In this document: piece by piece, positions 35,629-37,722 of the stretch
Layout of the letters: every line of letters begins with the position of its first letter
Position numbering within the stretch: position 1 is the first letter of the stretch
Assembly: GCF_001194135.2 (NCBI RefSeq)
Contig: NC_068982.1
Span: forward strand, 13,432,894 to 13,470,615
Direction of reading: 5' to 3'
Length of the DNA stretch: 37,722 nucleotides
Origin: Octopus bimaculoides
Taxonomy: Eukaryota
Notes under the pieces: generated by a model
The model's database searches: none
What the model saw: only the letters and a program-made list of their open reading frames with translations
Told to the model about the DNA's origin: nothing
Program-made: the position numbers and the translations under genes

Positions 35629-36661
35629 GTACAGTATAGTGCAGCATTGAAACAAAACACTATTAACGCTCATTTAGAATCATTATCAAACCAGCTGCCA
35701 AGAATTATACATGATAGATATGCAAATTATTATATCTAATTTGCATTTATGTTATATATGCAAATTAGTCTATCCAGTTTATTTAAGACCATACAAATAG
35801 AGAAAAAAACAAAAAACGTGGTTCTCAATCAGAATTTCTGATCATGAGTTTGATAATTGTAAGAGTGTGTAAGTGGTTGAGTATTCCAAAGATATGTACA
35901 CCTTCAATGTAATTCTCTGGTGGAATCAGCATGACACAGGCCATAGCTTTTGAATTAAAGATACAATCGATCTGATGTATTTCTATATAGTTTTTATTTG
36001 CCCAGAGGAATTATCTGGGATGTTAGAATAACAAAGTGAACTTCTTAATTATTTGACTTTACTACATCAATAAATTTTACTAATTATGAGTTTATAAATG
36101 ATTTGCTTTGCTGCGAGATAATTAAGGTAATCAGCATCTATGATCTTGCCATGTAAAAGGCACCCAGAACACTTTGTAAAGCGATTGGTATCAGGAAAGG
36201 AATCCAGTTGTAGAATCCAAACCAAAACAAATAACAGAACCTGGTACTGATTGCTCCCAGCCTTTCTAGCTCCAGCTAAACTGTCCAACCCATGCCAGCA
36301 TGGAATATGGACATTAACTGAGGATAAGGATGATGGTTATGATGATGATGATATATATACGTGCTTTGTTCAAATTTACGGAAAACCAAAGATGAAGACA
36401 GGTGTAGGAAAAACAAACGGGTGTATTAGTTTAATGGTTGGGAAGAATGGTTAAAGTCTTTTATGTTTTGAGCCTATGCTCTTTGACAGAAAAGATTAAG
36501 AGGAAAACATGGAAAGAGAATGAAAAAAATGGAGAGAGAAAAGTGTGCAGAGTTCAACAGTCCAACATGGTGATATATATATATATATGTAAATATATAT
36601 GTGTATGCATATACATATATACAGAAATATATATGTGTATGTATGTATGTATGTATGTATG

Positions 36662-36702
<41 letters not shown>

Positions 36703-36751
36703 TATATACATATATTTACATATATTTACATATATTTACATATATTTACAT

Positions 36752-37046
36752 NNNNNNNNNNNNNNNNNNNNNNNNNNNNNNNNNNNNNNNNNNNNNNNNN
36801 NNNNNNNNNNNNNNNNNNNNNNNNNNNNNNNNNNNNNNNNNNNNNNNNNNNNNNNNNNNNNNNNNNNNNNNNNNNNNNNNNNNNNNNNNNNNNNNNNNNN
36901 NNNNNNNNNNNNNNNNNNNNNNNNNNNNNNNNNNNNNNNNNNNNNNNNNNNNNNNNNNNNNNNNNNNNNNNNNNNNNNNNNNNNNNNNNNNNNNNNNNNN
37001 NNNNNNNNNNNNNNNNNNNNNNNNNNNNNNNNNNNNNNNNNNNNNN
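36752..37046. other. Assembly gap, preceded by (TATATTTACA)n
   Basis: Run of n. Confidence 1.
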
Positions 37047-37072
37047 CACAAACACATACACACATACATATA

Positions 37073-37258
37073 TATATATATATATACATATATACGACAG
37101 GCTTCTTTCAGTTTCCGTCTACCAAATCCACTCACAAGGCTTTGGTCGGCCCGAGGCTATAGTAGAAGACACTTGCCCAAAGTGCCACGCAGTGGGACTG
37201 AACCCGGGACCATGTGCTTGGTAAGCAAGCTACTTACCACACAGCCACTCCTACGCCT
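37073..37258 (-). mobile_element. Family-A SINE 5' half
   Basis: Near-identical to the head half of 25876-26276. Confidence 0.92.
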
Positions 37259-37288
37259 ATGTACATATATGTACATATATATTTCAAA

Positions 37289-37417
37289 ATGTAACCACAT
37301 GTATCGTTGGTGATTTTTTTTCCTCTTTCTTCCTTTTCTATCGGACTTTACTCTGTTTCTGAAGAAGAGCTTTACTCGAAACATAAAACCACCTTTCTTT
37401 CCTTCCCTGAGCGTCCC
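37289..37417 (+). mobile_element. PLE pseudo-LTR-like repeat with a hammerhead-like core, 3'-truncated
   Basis: CTGAAGA-A-GAG-CTTTA-CTC-GAAAC at 37359-37382. Confidence 0.6.
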
Positions 37418-37722
37418 TCTGTACATCTTATACTATAGACCACATTTCTGGTTTTGCAGTTCGTTTGTGGGCTAAATCTACATACGATACAGTTCCTATC
37501 AGTGCAGGGGGTTCTACTGAAAGGGTATGTTCTACTGATAAGGGATTTAATAGGGTTGCCTGGCCTTTCAACAACCTTAATTCTTAGCTTAAGTTTGTCT
37601 AGGGCCCTTCTAAAGCGGTATGCCAGTTCGCCTCTAGGGGTGGTGTCGACGAACATGACACTCTGGTACTTGTGGCTATCGTACCATGAGCTTGCCTTCC
37701 CTATTTTCTTCTTGGTCCTTTC
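37418..37722 (-). mobile_element. Penelope-like element ORF fragment: RT-to-endonuclease linker, Cys-rich motif and start of GIY-YIG; open to the window edge
   Basis: ERTKKKIGKASSWYDSHKYQSVMFVDTTPRGELAYRF...RIKVVERPG...CTDRNCIVC...NCKTRNVVYSIRCTE, with no stop over about 101 codons. VVY.I.C is the GIY-type motif. Confidence 0.75.

Noticed and set aside
355-37313. Many ORF-track entries rich in YI, CV, HT, poly-H, poly-M, poly-F/S or X
   Set aside because: They are translations of microsatellites, SINE linkers and N gaps, with no coding signal.

Overview
AT-rich, repeat-dominated eukaryotic scaffold with five N gaps. The SINE, RTE LINE and Tc1/mariner families and the dense (TA)n/(CA)n microsatellites look like an Octopus (coleoid cephalopod) genome; this is inferred from recognising the repeats and was not checked by search. 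No intact, nameable gene is present, and most ORFs in the supplied track are microsatellite or gap artefacts. Supported content: many tRNA-derived SINE copies of several families, RTE LINE fragments, two decayed Tc1/mariner transposases, piggyBac- and Tigger-type MITEs, and several Penelope-like element (PLE) remnants. The strongest signal is a set of PLE-type structures. One is a 339-bp insertion inside a mariner transposase, with a 12-bp target-site duplication, that folds into a 140-bp hairpin and carries a hammerhead-ribozyme-like core in each arm. The others are an 85-bp foldback, three further hammerhead-like cores, and a GIY-YIG ORF fragment joined tail-to-tail to one of those cores. 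A tentative chain of phase-compatible minus-strand exons (15643 to about 213) may encode an unidentified helical protein; one candidate 20-nt microexon has its acceptor inside a 13-bp hairpin.
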